From Promethearchaeota archaeon (GTDB taxonomy: Archaea > Asgardarchaeota > Thorarchaeia > Thorarchaeales > Thorarchaeaceae), in the NCBI GenBank assembly GCA_014728035.1, contig WJMJ01000071.1, forward strand, positions 133,253-197,252: DNA of 64,000 nucleotides, written 5' to 3'. Shown here in pieces: positions 37,996-48,772 of this stretch. Under the pieces are notes generated by a model, which saw only the letters and a list, made by a program, of their open reading frames with translations, was not told the origin of the DNA and did not search any database. Position 1 is the first letter of the stretch, and each line of letters starts with the position of its first letter. The translations under genes and the position numbers were made by a program.

Positions 37996-39966
37996 ATGAA
38001 TCGCAAAAAAGTAGGTGCAGTAGCATTATTGATATTATTTGCTACTAGTGCTCTCGTGATATTTTATCTGCTCAATACTGACCCTATTGGACCAAATTCT
38101 AATGATGAAACTGAAATTCAACCTCATGAATTCAATGAGCTGAATTGGTGGGATGTCGCATATGAGTTGGATTCATCATCTGCTTATCTTACCGTTGTAG
38201 GAGTACTAGGGAATTCATACCGAAATCGAGTCATGGAAAGCACAAGATACTACGATGCAGCAGAATACATGATTGACAAATTTGAGGATTTAGAAGTAGA
38301 GGTTTCATATTGGGGTGAACATGATAGTGTTGTAGCTCATCAGGAAGGTTATGGTTCTGATAATCGTGCAATTGTCTTCATGGCTCATCTTGACACCTAT
38401 CCTTCTGTAGCTGGAGTGAATGATAATGCTGGCGGTGTTGCTACAGTATACCAAGTTGCTTCCACATTAACGCAATATCGTTTACCCGTTGATATCTACT
38501 ATTGTTTGACAAATGGAAATATGCAATGGCATGATGACCAAGAGAAAAATAGAGCTCTGTGGGGATCAAATGAGATTTCTGCGCGATTAGTAGATGAAGG
38601 TGTGGATGTTATCGCCTTTTTCAATTTGTATCATCTGTTATTCTATTCAGAGGTTCAAGATGAGGGCCGACGATTAATAGCGGAACATCGTTCTCCTGAC
38701 CTTTATGGATACCATAATACAACTCAATTGGTTGATATCTTCTCTCAATTTATGAGGCGATCCGGTATTGATATTGTATACCCCTTAGTGAAAATGAATA
38801 ACGACAATGATCAAACACCTTTTTGGGATGCTGGTTTTCCCGGATTCAGTATATATGGAGGCCATAACATAGACCCAGATTTTCCTCCAAGTGACATTGT
38901 CACTTCTCCATATTATAATCATACTCAAGCACAACTTGCAGGAAAAGCTGTAGCAGCTACTGCTGTATATATTGCATCTCAAGGCAACGGTGAAAATGTC
39001 AAGTTCAAGTTCGAATCAACGCTGAGCCCTCGAAAATCTGGATTTCTCCGTACAGTACTCAATATACCTCAGAGTCTTCAAGTGAATTGTACTGCAAATG
39101 AAGCAAGCTCTATTGAAATTACAGCTCTTGCTGAAGATACCATTGTATTCCAAGAAACATATGATAATGAAACATCCTTTCAATTTAGTATAGATGAGAT
39201 CCCAATTGGTCAATTTAGTATTAAAGTTCGAAATCGAGATGATAATTCAACTTGGGTTGGTGTATATATCGAATACGAGTCCGATATCGATGGTGATGGA
39301 ATCCTTGACGCAGATGAGTTTTCCTGGCCTGATCCGACTCCTCCTTTAGACTGGGACTATGATGGGCTTCCAGATTCTGAAGAAAAAAAGGCTGGGACTG
39401 ATATCTTTGTTTGGGATACCGACCAAGATGGTATCAAAGATGGTATCGAAGTTAAATATGGTATGGACCCACTTTTAGATGACACGAAAGACGACCTTGA
39501 TGGAGATGGCATCCCAAATTATAGAGAGATAGAACTTGGCTCATTTCCAAATAATCCCGATAGCGACAATGATACTATCCCTGATACCTGGGAGTATGAA
39601 TTTGGAACCGATTTAATGTCAGATGACCGCAACTTGGATTATGATAATGACTCTTTAACCAATCTCGAAGAATATCAATACGGGTCTGATCCGTTTCGCG
39701 TTGATGGAGATTTTGATGGGATATCTGATGTACATGAAATAGAATTAGGAACGAACCCTCTGAGTGATGACACAGACAAGGATGGGATAAATGACCGTAT
39801 CGAGGTCATTGATGGTCTAAATCCACTTGTTCCTGATAGAGATGTTGACTTTCAATTAGACGGAAATGACCAAAATCCACGTCTGAATGCCATTCTTGTT
39901 ATTGGAATACTGACACTGATACCCGTTGGTATTGGTACTTTTGTCTTCTGGCGCAGACTTGAATAA
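37996..39966 (+). CDS. Membrane-anchored M28-peptidase-like protein with DxDxDG calcium-binding (TSP3-like) repeats
   Basis: N-terminal signal/TM, AHLDT, GVNDNAGG, about nine DxDxDG...E...G.DP units, C-terminal TM ending WRRLE. Confidence 0.8.
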   Translation: MNRKKVGAVALLILFATSALVIFYLLNTDPIGPNSNDETEIQPHEFNELNWWDVAYELDSSSAYLTVVGVLGNSYRNRVMESTRYYDAAEYMIDKFEDLEVEVSYWGEHDSVVAHQEGYGSDNRAIVFMAHLDTYPSVAGVNDNAGGVATVYQVASTLTQYRLPVDIYYCLTNGNMQWHDDQEKNRALWGSNEISARLVDEGVDVIAFFNLYHLLFYSEVQDEGRRLIAEHRSPDLYGYHNTTQLVDIFSQFMRRSGIDIVYPLVKMNNDNDQTPFWDAGFPGFSIYGGHNIDPDFPPSDIVTSPYYNHTQAQLAGKAVAATAVYIASQGNGENVKFKFESTLSPRKSGFLRTVLNIPQSLQVNCTANEASSIEITALAEDTIVFQETYDNETSFQFSIDEIPIGQFSIKVRNRDDNSTWVGVYIEYESDIDGDGILDADEFSWPDPTPPLDWDYDGLPDSEEKKAGTDIFVWDTDQDGIKDGIEVKYGMDPLLDDTKDDLDGDGIPNYREIELGSFPNNPDSDNDTIPDTWEYEFGTDLMSDDRNLDYDNDSLTNLEEYQYGSDPFRVDGDFDGISDVHEIELGTNPLSDDTDKDGINDRIEVIDGLNPLVPDRDVDFQLDGNDQNPRLNAILVIGILTLIPVGIGTFVFWRRLE

Positions 39967-39975
39967 AATAATGAA

Positions 39976-40010
39976 AAGGACACAACTGGCGAGTTTTCGC
40001 CAGTGTCCTT
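39976..40010. terminator. Strong hairpin between convergent genes
   Basis: aaggaca..ctggcga-gttt-tcgccag-tgtcctt. Confidence 0.65.
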
Positions 40011-40023
40011 CTAGTCTTTGAAA

Positions 40024-41391
40024 CTATGTTTTTGGTGCCTTTGGAATGTGGCCTTTTTCGTAGAGAATCTCAGATGATGCACGAGCTGCTCTAATAATTT
40101 CCTCTGCATGTTTGTAGAGGTCCTTTTCGTCCCACTCCTTTCTTGCAATTCCCTGTTCAATAGCTTTCATTCCAACTGCAGTAGCTTCAGCGGGATAGAG
40201 TTCCCACTGATCCATGGTTGGGATGACCTTCTTTTCGGTAGCTTCTTTTGCTCCAAGGTCTGCAAGTGCTTTTGCTGCTGCAACACACATCTCATCTGTA
40301 ATGGTAGTAGCTCTTACGTCAAGAGTTCCACGGAATATTCCTGGGAATCCTAATGAGTTGTTAATCTGATTATCAAAATCACTTCTACCAGTTCCTACAA
40401 TTCTTGCACCAGCTTCTTTGGCATCCCATGGCCATATCTCAGGTAGTGGATTAGCACAGGCATACACAATCGCATCATTTGCCATCTTACTTACCCATTC
40501 CTTTTTCACAGTACCTGGTTTTGGTCTGGATGCGGTAATAAGCACATCAACGCCTTCTATAACCTCTCCAAGGTCTCCGGTCATTCTATCTGGGTTGGTC
40601 TTTTGAGCCAAGTCATACTTGAACGTATCATAGTCCTTTTCTTCGACAATATCTTCACGGTCTGAGTAGATTGCACCTTTGCTGTCGACCATTACAACAT
40701 TCTTGGGATCCACACCAGCAGCAAAAAGTAAGTATGCAGTTCGCGTATTAGCAGCACCAACACCAAGCATAGCTACACGAATGTTCTCCATATCCTTTTT
40801 GACTACATTCAGACCTCCCATGACTCCTGCGAGTACTACTGTTGCTGTACCTTGAGCATCATCATGCCACACTGGAATTGTCACTTCTGGGTCATTTCGG
40901 AGTTCTTCAAGGACTTTGTAACATTTTGGCTTTGAGATGTCTTCTAAGTTAACACCACCAAAGGATGGTTGGAGCAATTTCACAGTCTTGATTATCTCGT
41001 CAGCATCTTTTGTATCAAGACATACTGGCCAAGCATCAACGCCACCCAGATACTTGAAGAGGATTGCTTTCCCCTCCATAACTGGACCAGCTGCTTCAGG
41101 ACCAATATCTCCAAGTCCTAGTACACGAGTTCCATCACTGACCACTGCTACCATGTTCCCTTTGTTCGTCATTTCGTAGACCTTTGCTGGGTCTTCCTTG
41201 ATAGCGGTGCATGCTTTGGCAACACCTGGTGTGTACCATATTGCAAAATCATCAAAGCTACGTACCGGAGCCTTACCAATAGACTGTATCTTCCCCTTGT
41301 AGAAAGGGTGTAAGATCATCGCGTCTTTGCCAGGCTTTTCGGCTTTCTTCTTAAGTTCTTCAACTGATAGTTTCTCTTCAGGCATAATCAA
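40024..41391 (-). CDS. mae: NAD(P)-dependent malic enzyme
   Basis: YTPGVA, DGTRVLGLGDIG, VMEGKA, NLEDI, HDDAQGT, ANPLPEI, GRSDFDNQINN. Confidence 0.93.
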   Translation of the reverse strand: MIMPEEKLSVEELKKKAEKPGKDAMILHPFYKGKIQSIGKAPVRSFDDFAIWYTPGVAKACTAIKEDPAKVYEMTNKGNMVAVVSDGTRVLGLGDIGPEAAGPVMEGKAILFKYLGGVDAWPVCLDTKDADEIIKTVKLLQPSFGGVNLEDISKPKCYKVLEELRNDPEVTIPVWHDDAQGTATVVLAGVMGGLNVVKKDMENIRVAMLGVGAANTRTAYLLFAAGVDPKNVVMVDSKGAIYSDREDIVEEKDYDTFKYDLAQKTNPDRMTGDLGEVIEGVDVLITASRPKPGTVKKEWVSKMANDAIVYACANPLPEIWPWDAKEAGARIVGTGRSDFDNQINNSLGFPGIFRGTLDVRATTITDEMCVAAAKALADLGAKEATEKKVIPTMDQWELYPAEATAVGMKAIEQGIARKEWDEKDLYKHAEEIIRAARASSEILYEKGHIPKAPKT

Positions 41392-41580
41392 GCCTCTAAC
41401 TGGTCATCGGATAGGCCGAAAAACGTCCTATCTTGCATGCTTGACCCCAACGTATCCCTGATTTTAATCTATGCTTTGCGTCACTCTAGGAACCTTCAGA
41501 TTATGCTCGTTGTCGAGAAAAATTATTACTACATAGATATATTATATATACTGATAGTATGTTTTGGTTGAAATAGGAGA

Positions 41581-42560
41581 ATGAAGAAAGAGCCCCTTAT
41601 TTATCATGATATTCATCGAATTTATAATCGTTTTATTCTCGTCAGACTCCCTGCAATATTAACTGTGGTTTGTCTGTTCGAGTTATTCGCTAACTCTGGA
41701 ATACGATGTATTGAATGCTATATTCGTTGACTTCAACGCTTAGCTAATGAATTTTGATAGTAGAAAACCAATCAGTTTTCAACTGGATTAAAATGTGTTG
41801 GTAATATTTGGTAAGTGCATTGGTGTGGAATTAGGAACTATCGTCTGTATCTATTTCACCAGTTTCATCATTTCTCATTATTTCCTTCCCTCATACAGTT
41901 ATTCTTCTAGACTCTTCGACATTTGTTGCTTATCGCTCACTTTAATCAATATCCGCGAAGTGATTGGACAATCAAAATCCAAGACTGATTTGAAAGATGG
42001 TATCATATCAGTTGTAACTATCTTCATTTTTGTGGAATCTATTCTATTATCACGCGGATTCTACGAATTTGATCTAAGCGATATGGTGAAGTATGAAATC
42101 TGGGTAGAAGCAAGAAACGATTCCAACGGATATCTGATTCTTTTTCTAGATGTATCAAGTTATCCTTGTAATTGCATCTATTGGTATTGAAGTCTTAATT
42201 TTGGACTTGTGATCAAGGATGAGGTAAGATTTGGAATCATCTAATGAAACTAAGATACTGCTTGACCGCTTGATACTCATTCGAAGAAGGTAGCCTTATT
42301 TCAAAGTCATAAATGCATCTCAAAATGTTAGTCACTCAGTTTGTTTTGGGAATTAAATGGAATACTGACTTCATCCTTTGTGCTTCAATTCTAGTAAAGA
42401 TTGTAACTGAATGGTACGGACTCGGTAACCTGCTTTTTTGAGGTCTTAATTTATATGATCCTCCATGATGCAAGGAGTACTGAACTCCATTATTCTATCT
42501 GTAGCATTCTACTATCTTTTAGTAGAAATCATATCTTATTCGGGCTGAAATATAAAAAAA
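41581..42560 (+). pseudogene. Decayed membrane-protein gene(s)
   Basis: SD AGGAG plus ATG at 41581 opens only 49 codons. The frame of ORF 41795-42190 continues upstream through in-frame stops at 41789 (TAA) and 41741 (TAG). A second SD GAGGT plus TTG at 42221 hits TAG after 20 codons, with hydrophobic fragments in other frames. Confidence 0.5.
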
Positions 42561-42704
42561 TCGTAATCATGATATGCTATACAAATTAACTTCTAAATTA
42601 TAAAATCATTTTAGAATGGTCAAGAAATTTGTGAGATGTGCAATAACATTGCTCAAAATAGGCTTATATGATTATCTTGAAGGTTGAACATGGTGATAAT
42701 ATGA

Positions 42705-43130
42705 TTGATGAATCAGCTTGGACCCCCCTGTATTTTTGAATTTGCATCTGAATCCGACAAAATTATTGGCAGCCCATATGAAGCTTCACTTGTAGAGAAT
42801 GCATCAGGTGTCGTGTTAGCCTATGTCCTTCCAATTCCATCAAAAGTTGGAAATCGTAGATTAAATATATTGGGTCTTCGGATTGGTCTGTCTTATGCAG
42901 ATGGATCTAATAAAGTGATAAGACAGCAAATCCGTGGAATAAAGGACCGTGGAGCGAAAGCGGTTTGGGAACATGAAGCAGATATTACAGAACATAAACG
43001 ACTTGAACATAGTTTCAATCCAATTGATATGAGTGGTTTTCATGCAGTGAAAGCTTTAGTATATCTCGAAGGAGTGAAGAAACACGCAGTACGAATCGGT
43101 TATGTATCCATTCTCACTGATTATAGATGA
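42705..43130 (+). CDS. Hypothetical protein, beta-rich
   Basis: 141-aa ORF with SD GGTGA and an upstream TATA-like cttatat. Confidence 0.6.
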   Translation: MMNQLGPPCIFEFASESDKIIGSPYEASLVENASGVVLAYVLPIPSKVGNRRLNILGLRIGLSYADGSNKVIRQQIRGIKDRGAKAVWEHEADITEHKRLEHSFNPIDMSGFHAVKALVYLEGVKKHAVRIGYVSILTDYR

Positions 43131-43315
43131 TTTGACATTGCAATCAATCCGGAGAGGTTATTTTAAATAATCTCTTTCTCTTTTTTTCCTTAATTCAAAA
43201 ATCACGTTTTTCAAAATCGGTTTTAGGATATCACTTCATTATAATCTAAATATCTAATCAATCTTTGTTTTGAACACTCCCTGTCTTGATTTCCATCATC
43301 AAATAAAGAGTTTAT

Positions 43316-43789
43316 CTAGAGTTTGAGTCCCCAGTAACTAGTAATTTGTTCAGCATGTTGACTAGATTTAACTTTTTCAATTCCTTCAGATCCACCAAAA
43401 ATTGCCTCAATCTTCCCCTCTTCATCGATCAGATACGTAATTCTTTTCACACCTAATCCAAGAATACTCAATCTACTTTTCGCTCCATACAGTTCTGCAA
43501 TCTCCAAGTTTTCATCCATCAGAAGCGGAAATGGCAGATTGTATTTTTCCTTGAACTTGATATGAGATTTCGCATCTCCCCCAGAAACCCCAAAGATAGG
43601 AATATCTGAATCCTGAAATATAGTGTAACTATCTCTTATTGAACAAGCTTCTGCTGTACAACCAGGGGTTTCATCTTTTGGATAAAAGTAGAGAACTATT
43701 TTCTGCCCTCTATAATCGCTAAGTTTGAATTTCTCTCCCGACTCGTCAACTGTTTCAAAATCTGGTGCTTGATCTCCAATACTTGGCAT
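43316..43789 (-). CDS. bcp: Peroxiredoxin, BCP/PrxQ family (copy 1)
   Basis: YFYPKDETPGCTAEAC. Start MPSIG at 43789. Confidence 0.92.
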   Translation of the reverse strand: MPSIGDQAPDFETVDESGEKFKLSDYRGQKIVLYFYPKDETPGCTAEACSIRDSYTIFQDSDIPIFGVSGGDAKSHIKFKEKYNLPFPLLMDENLEIAELYGAKSRLSILGLGVKRITYLIDEEGKIEAIFGGSEGIEKVKSSQHAEQITSYWGLKL

Positions 43790-43800
43790 AATATCCCCCT

Positions 43801-44283
43801 CTAAAGCTTTAGACCCCAAAAGTTAATGACCTGATCTGCATGTTCTTTAGTCTTAACTTTCTCAATTCCTTCAGGTCCTCCGAAAATACCTTCTATCTTT
43901 CCATCTTCATCTATTAGGAATGTGGTTCGTACAATACCCATATACTCTTTTCCATACATTTTCTTCTTCTTATACACATCATATAATTTTGCTATCTGAA
44001 AATCTTCATCCATTAAAAGAGGAAATGGCAACTCGTATTTTTCTTTGAATTTCCTATGGGACTTCTCAGCTCCACCTGAGATTCCTAAAACTGGTATCTC
44101 ATTTCCATGAAATACATCAAATTGATCTCTGATTGAACAGGCTTCAGCAGTACATCCCTTTGTGTTGTCTTTAGGATAGAAATATACCATGACTTTTTTA
44201 CCTCGAAAATCTTCTAACCGTATTTGGTTTCCTGATTCATCTTTTGTTTCGAATTCTGGAGCTTTGTCTCCGACCTTCAGCAT
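43801..44283 (-). CDS. bcp: Peroxiredoxin, BCP/PrxQ family (copy 2)
   Basis: YFYPKDNTKGCTAEAC and RTTFLIDEDG. Shares the GG.EGIEKVK insert and WGLKL end with copy 1. Confidence 0.92.
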   Translation of the reverse strand: MLKVGDKAPEFETKDESGNQIRLEDFRGKKVMVYFYPKDNTKGCTAEACSIRDQFDVFHGNEIPVLGISGGAEKSHRKFKEKYELPFPLLMDEDFQIAKLYDVYKKKKMYGKEYMGIVRTTFLIDEDGKIEGIFGGPEGIEKVKTKEHADQVINFWGLKL

Positions 44284-44385
44284 CTTTTTCCACTCCTAAT
44301 ATAACAATAGTTAATTATCTCCTTATTAAGTTTTTCAATGATATAAATTCAGAAGACAATCCGGCAACCTTAAAGAGAAAACATA

Positions 44386-45420
44386 ATGGCTAACAGTGAG
44401 GTTCAAGAATTGCCAGAGAAATCTGTAAAAATTCAATCAAATACACGGTTCTGGATCGCTATCATAGTCGGAGCAATTCTCTCAATGATTATTGGTTGGT
44501 GGTCCGGGTTTGTATTAGTTGAAGTGGGATCTATTGATTTGGTTGCAATGTTTCTCTATTCTTTTCTAGTGCCTCTTAGCATTTCATCAATAGGCTTTTA
44601 TCTTGGCTGGTTATTTAAGAAAAAAGCTGTGAAGTATAGACATCCAACAGATGTCCGAGAGGAAATTATTCAGCTTGATTTCGAGGACTGGAAACAATTT
44701 GTAAAGGCGCATAATAGTCGATACTTCAATTTAGTATCCGTTGGTAAAATATGGTATTATTTTGTGCCTATCATTCAGATATGCATCACAATTGGAATTC
44801 CACTATACATTTTTCGCATATCTCCAATCATTAGCGATTTTGTTGCTCTAATCATTGCGATGAATATCTCGATTCTATGGGTAATTAGTATCTACGGTGG
44901 TTTTAGATCCACATCAAATGCCGCATCAGAAGACTTCACGCTTCCATTAATTCGGGAAGCTGCTCAGTTAGCAAAGATACAGGCCAAAATTTCTGGAGTT
45001 TCAAAAGCACAGATAGTGATGGATTGTTCTGTATTCGATGATTACAAGATCTATCAAAACCCTCGTGTGGTTCTAAGAATTGAATCTATTGAAAAAGAAG
45101 GATATATTGAATCAATAAGTGAAGAGATGAATTCGATTTCAAGAATGCTTGTGGTTCTTTATGAAACTGAGGATTTACCTCAGGTTGTATGGTGGTGGTT
45201 ATCCAGAGACCGTAACTTCAGAAAATATGTGGGTAATGACGAAAGTGGATACTATGTCAAATATCCTGTTCCAAGCAATATTACAAGTATTGGAGTTAAA
45301 GATGTGTCTCTACTAACTAAGAATGCGGTTTCCATTATAATTCGTGAATACATTAGAGAGAGACAGAGTTCTGAATCACTAGAAACCATTTTGGGAGAAT
45401 TAGGTGCTAAAAAACCATAG
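44386..45420 (+). CDS. Hypothetical 4-TM membrane protein with a soluble C-terminal domain (paralog 1)
   Basis: Hydrophobicity pattern and motif similarity to the next two ORFs. Confidence 0.75.
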   Translation: MANSEVQELPEKSVKIQSNTRFWIAIIVGAILSMIIGWWSGFVLVEVGSIDLVAMFLYSFLVPLSISSIGFYLGWLFKKKAVKYRHPTDVREEIIQLDFEDWKQFVKAHNSRYFNLVSVGKIWYYFVPIIQICITIGIPLYIFRISPIISDFVALIIAMNISILWVISIYGGFRSTSNAASEDFTLPLIREAAQLAKIQAKISGVSKAQIVMDCSVFDDYKIYQNPRVVLRIESIEKEGYIESISEEMNSISRMLVVLYETEDLPQVVWWWLSRDRNFRKYVGNDESGYYVKYPVPSNITSIGVKDVSLLTKNAVSIIIREYIRERQSSESLETILGELGAKKP

Positions 45421-45452
45421 ACACTTCTATATGGCCTTACATCTATACACAC

Positions 45453-46370
45453 GTGGACAAAAAAATGGAAGACTCGCCACTTGTTATGCCATCTTCGGGA
45501 ATATACAACTTTGCTCTTGTTGTAACTATTGTTATTTGGTCATTTCTTTCTAGCTACGTTGCACAATATGCTCTGGTAGAACTATCTCTGGAATTATGGT
45601 TGCTTCAAGCTTCTGGATTTGTTTTATTTCTTATCCCCTGCGTTTTTGCAATACTCTGGATTCAGAAGAATCGGATAGCTTTGCTAGATGTTGAATGGGA
45701 GTTTCGTGAAAAAGAAATTGCATTTTCAGAGTACGAAAAAATAGCTATGGATTATGCACAGACTTATTCTGGAATAATTCAGACTGTAGACTTATGGTGG
45801 TTAGTAGCTTCATTATTGACTGGTATTTCGTCTTTATCTCTTCCGTTCGTCTTTGCTTTTTCCCATCCTATTCTCATTCAAGTAGCTCCTTTTGTTTTTG
45901 GTTTCACTATGGTCCTCTATGGCATTTCGGTATCCGTATTTCTTAGATCGTTTATTTCTGCCCCGATTAGTTCAGAGTTTCCCTTTGTGCCGCCAAAATA
46001 CATTCGCAATGCGATTTCACTTTTCATTTCAACCCCCTCACTATCTTGGACTGGAGTAAGTATTGATATTGGGCGATTTGGTGATTATTATGTTCTGGAA
46101 GATTTGAAAGTAGTTGGTAGAATCGATAGTATTGAGAGTGTTGCACGTATTGTTGCAGAGTTGGACGAATCCGGTGAGATTAAGCGAATTGTACCAGAGT
46201 TGAATTTTAAGGATGCTCCAAAAATAGAATCGATCAAATCGAATATCTCCCCCGCAAGCATTCAACTTCTTATTGTGGAAATAATCAAAATTTATGTTAA
46301 ATTACGTGGGAGTAATGAGTTACTTGATGAAGTATTGGAAGAGCTTTCTATAGATATTACAATAGAATAA
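45453..46370 (+). CDS. Hypothetical 4-TM membrane protein (paralog 2)
   Basis: FGDYYVLEDLKVVGRIDSIE matches FDDYKIYQNPRVVLRIESIE of paralog 1. Confidence 0.75.
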   Translation: MDKKMEDSPLVMPSSGIYNFALVVTIVIWSFLSSYVAQYALVELSLELWLLQASGFVLFLIPCVFAILWIQKNRIALLDVEWEFREKEIAFSEYEKIAMDYAQTYSGIIQTVDLWWLVASLLTGISSLSLPFVFAFSHPILIQVAPFVFGFTMVLYGISVSVFLRSFISAPISSEFPFVPPKYIRNAISLFISTPSLSWTGVSIDIGRFGDYYVLEDLKVVGRIDSIESVARIVAELDESGEIKRIVPELNFKDAPKIESIKSNISPASIQLLIVEIIKIYVKLRGSNELLDEVLEELSIDITIE

Positions 46371-46434
46371 CAGAAAAAACATCGGTGAGCTTATCTTGTA
46401 TGAGTTCTAAAATAGACAAGTTGAAGGTGATTAT

Positions 46435-47409
46435 GTGACAGAAGAAGTGATTGATTATGGCCGCCATAAGATAGTTAACCGACTATCCATCATTATTTTT
46501 GGTGTAGTTATCGCCATCGCAGTATATTTCCGAATGACTACTGATAACTTCTGGACAATATTCTCCCTCTATCTTTTCGTACCAGTTCCATTGGTACTTT
46601 TGTCTCTTGCTCTAGGTGTTTTATCAAAGAGGGGAATTGACTACAATAAGGGTGAATGGAAATCTCAGAAGAGATGGGAAACATTCCAAAATCTACTAAA
46701 AATTGAGGAAGAGTACAAAGATGCTTATGGGCATCTTACTGAAAGTAGTGATAGCTATTGTTCTGTCTGTTGTTGTGTTTTTCCGGTAATCACTTTACTT
46801 TTTGGTCTCTTCGGTGTATTTTATACTGCTCTGATTTATCCCCTTTTCGACTCACTTTATGACACGGTCTTCATTTTGATTATCCAATATATTTTAACAG
46901 CTTTAGCTGGGTTCATTTCAGGATTTAAGAGTGTACAAATTGATGGTGAAGAATTTTTCAAAGATCCATTCAGCAGTGACGAAGTAGAATATGCTTATGC
47001 TCTCTCTACCGTTCCTGGCCTCAGAGCTGGTGTTGAGGTTGAATATGGCATCCGTGGTGACACAAAAACTGTGTTATCTGCAGAAGCTAAAGCACATTTG
47101 ACCGATGTTCCAGAAACTGTAACCGTTAAGGTACAAGTGTCTCACTCTGGATTTGCATATCCCTATCTAGTTGGTACAGTATACAAAGGTAGTCCCGTAA
47201 GTGAAGATGAATTCTCTTATGATATTGACACCCGTTACCCTGCTATCATTGAAACCCAGATGGATGATAATGTTGCAGTATTTGTAGCTAGATTCAAAAT
47301 TCCTAAGAAGTCACGATCTGTGCCTAATGTTTCAAAAGATGACTTCAAGAAATTAGCAGCGTTATTGGAGCGTTTACTAAGAGAAAACTATGAGAACAGT
47401 GGTCAATGA
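46435..47409 (+). CDS. Hypothetical 4-TM membrane protein (paralog 3)
   Basis: Same topology and GF(K/R)S after TM4. GTG start with SD GGTGA. Confidence 0.75.
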   Translation: MTEEVIDYGRHKIVNRLSIIIFGVVIAIAVYFRMTTDNFWTIFSLYLFVPVPLVLLSLALGVLSKRGIDYNKGEWKSQKRWETFQNLLKIEEEYKDAYGHLTESSDSYCSVCCCVFPVITLLFGLFGVFYTALIYPLFDSLYDTVFILIIQYILTALAGFISGFKSVQIDGEEFFKDPFSSDEVEYAYALSTVPGLRAGVEVEYGIRGDTKTVLSAEAKAHLTDVPETVTVKVQVSHSGFAYPYLVGTVYKGSPVSEDEFSYDIDTRYPAIIETQMDDNVAVFVARFKIPKKSRSVPNVSKDDFKKLAALLERLLRENYENSGQ

Positions 47410-47514
47410 TGTGAAGTATTTTGAGAAGAAAGATGTTCGACTAACAGACACCTTTAATTGTCGAGCCTTTCTCTCAAAATTCAGACACCTGTATTACTTA
47501 TGGAGACAATCAAT

Positions 47515-47817
47515 ATGGCGTCTAATTGGACTAACAAATGGGTCTTGATGCTACTAATTGGGATTATCATTCAGATGATTTTCTATCCTCTTATTGGTAT
47601 ATTGAAGCCTACTGGATTTGTAGAACATGACTATTTCTTTGATGTTGTTGTAATCGGTTTGGCATCTATTTCTGTGCAGTTCGTTGGATTTCTAATAATT
47701 ATGTCCAAAACAAAGAATGAAGATCCTGCTATATACGGACAAGGACGTCCATTCCAGCATAAGCTTCGTGAAGAAGATGAAGAGGTAGCTGATAGAAAAC
47801 CTACCCACGCAGAATAA
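47515..47817 (+). CDS. Small 2-TM hypothetical protein
   Basis: Start MASNW at 47515 after GGAG. Two hydrophobic helices. Confidence 0.6.
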   Translation: MASNWTNKWVLMLLIGIIIQMIFYPLIGILKPTGFVEHDYFFDVVVIGLASISVQFVGFLIIMSKTKNEDPAIYGQGRPFQHKLREEDEEVADRKPTHAE

Positions 47818-47867
47818 TCTCATTTAAAAATAAGAGCAAGTTGGATGGGGATATCCCCATCCATTAC

Positions 47868-48701
47868 TTACCATTGTATCCATATCGGAAAGTCTCTTGC
47901 TGGCAGTGGAGGTCTAAATCCTGGTATCCACATCTCTATCAGTGGAAGACTTGGCCCCATCAGAAATGCTACAATTACAAGTATCGAAAAAGTAAGAGTA
48001 TGTATTGCAGTCACATATGTGTAGTATGGTCTGATATAGGAGTAAAATGCAAATGCAGGAATCGATAGTGCTGCCATTGCAACAATCTCGATAGGACTGA
48101 AGAAGATTGGAATAACTACTGGAAAGAGGAAGTAGAATATCCATGTAATCTTCTCATTTGAAGTTTCGTGATGGGCAATCTTATGAATTCCATCGATACT
48201 CTGACTAAGGAAGAATACTGGAATTAATAGCCACATCTGTAGACCTGCAAAGAACATTGGACCTGCATAGAAAAGTAGATCACCAAGACTCTCTACTCGC
48301 TCCCAGAATGGGTTTCTTGAAATGAATTCTGTCATTTCAGTCATATAATATCCAACCATTTGGAAGAAAACCAAAACTGGAAGAAAAGCGAAAGATATTG
48401 CAATCATAATCACAGCTGCTTTTGGAAGATCTGGTATTTTACCCTCATGATAGTTATCTAAGGGGTATATTCCATGTAGTGTAAACGCGGTTAAGAACAC
48501 CAGCCACCCTGTAGGTACAAAGAAGAGTGGTTGACATATGTACATGAGTGGGCCAAGAAATTCATAGACATTGGAAGAAAGCGATTCTGGTAGCAAGTAC
48601 CAGACACCAAATACAACCAATAGCTCGGGAATGAGCATTTTGAAACGATAGTCCTGAACGAATTTCATGACCATTCCTGGTTCATTAGTTTCCTCAGACA
48701 T
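47868..48701 (-). CDS. Polytopic membrane hypothetical protein
   Basis: About seven hydrophobic segments. Likely start MSEET at 48701. Confidence 0.7.
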   Translation of the reverse strand: MSEETNEPGMVMKFVQDYRFKMLIPELLVVFGVWYLLPESLSSNVYEFLGPLMYICQPLFFVPTGWLVFLTAFTLHGIYPLDNYHEGKIPDLPKAAVIMIAISFAFLPVLVFFQMVGYYMTEMTEFISRNPFWERVESLGDLLFYAGPMFFAGLQMWLLIPVFFLSQSIDGIHKIAHHETSNEKITWIFYFLFPVVIPIFFSPIEIVAMAALSIPAFAFYSYIRPYYTYVTAIHTLTFSILVIVAFLMGPSLPLIEMWIPGFRPPLPARDFPIWIQW

Positions 48702-48772
48702 GACGTAAAACCTGCCTTTGACAAGGCTAGAGCAATGAGTCTGACCTTTAAGCATATCTCTCCTACGACATT

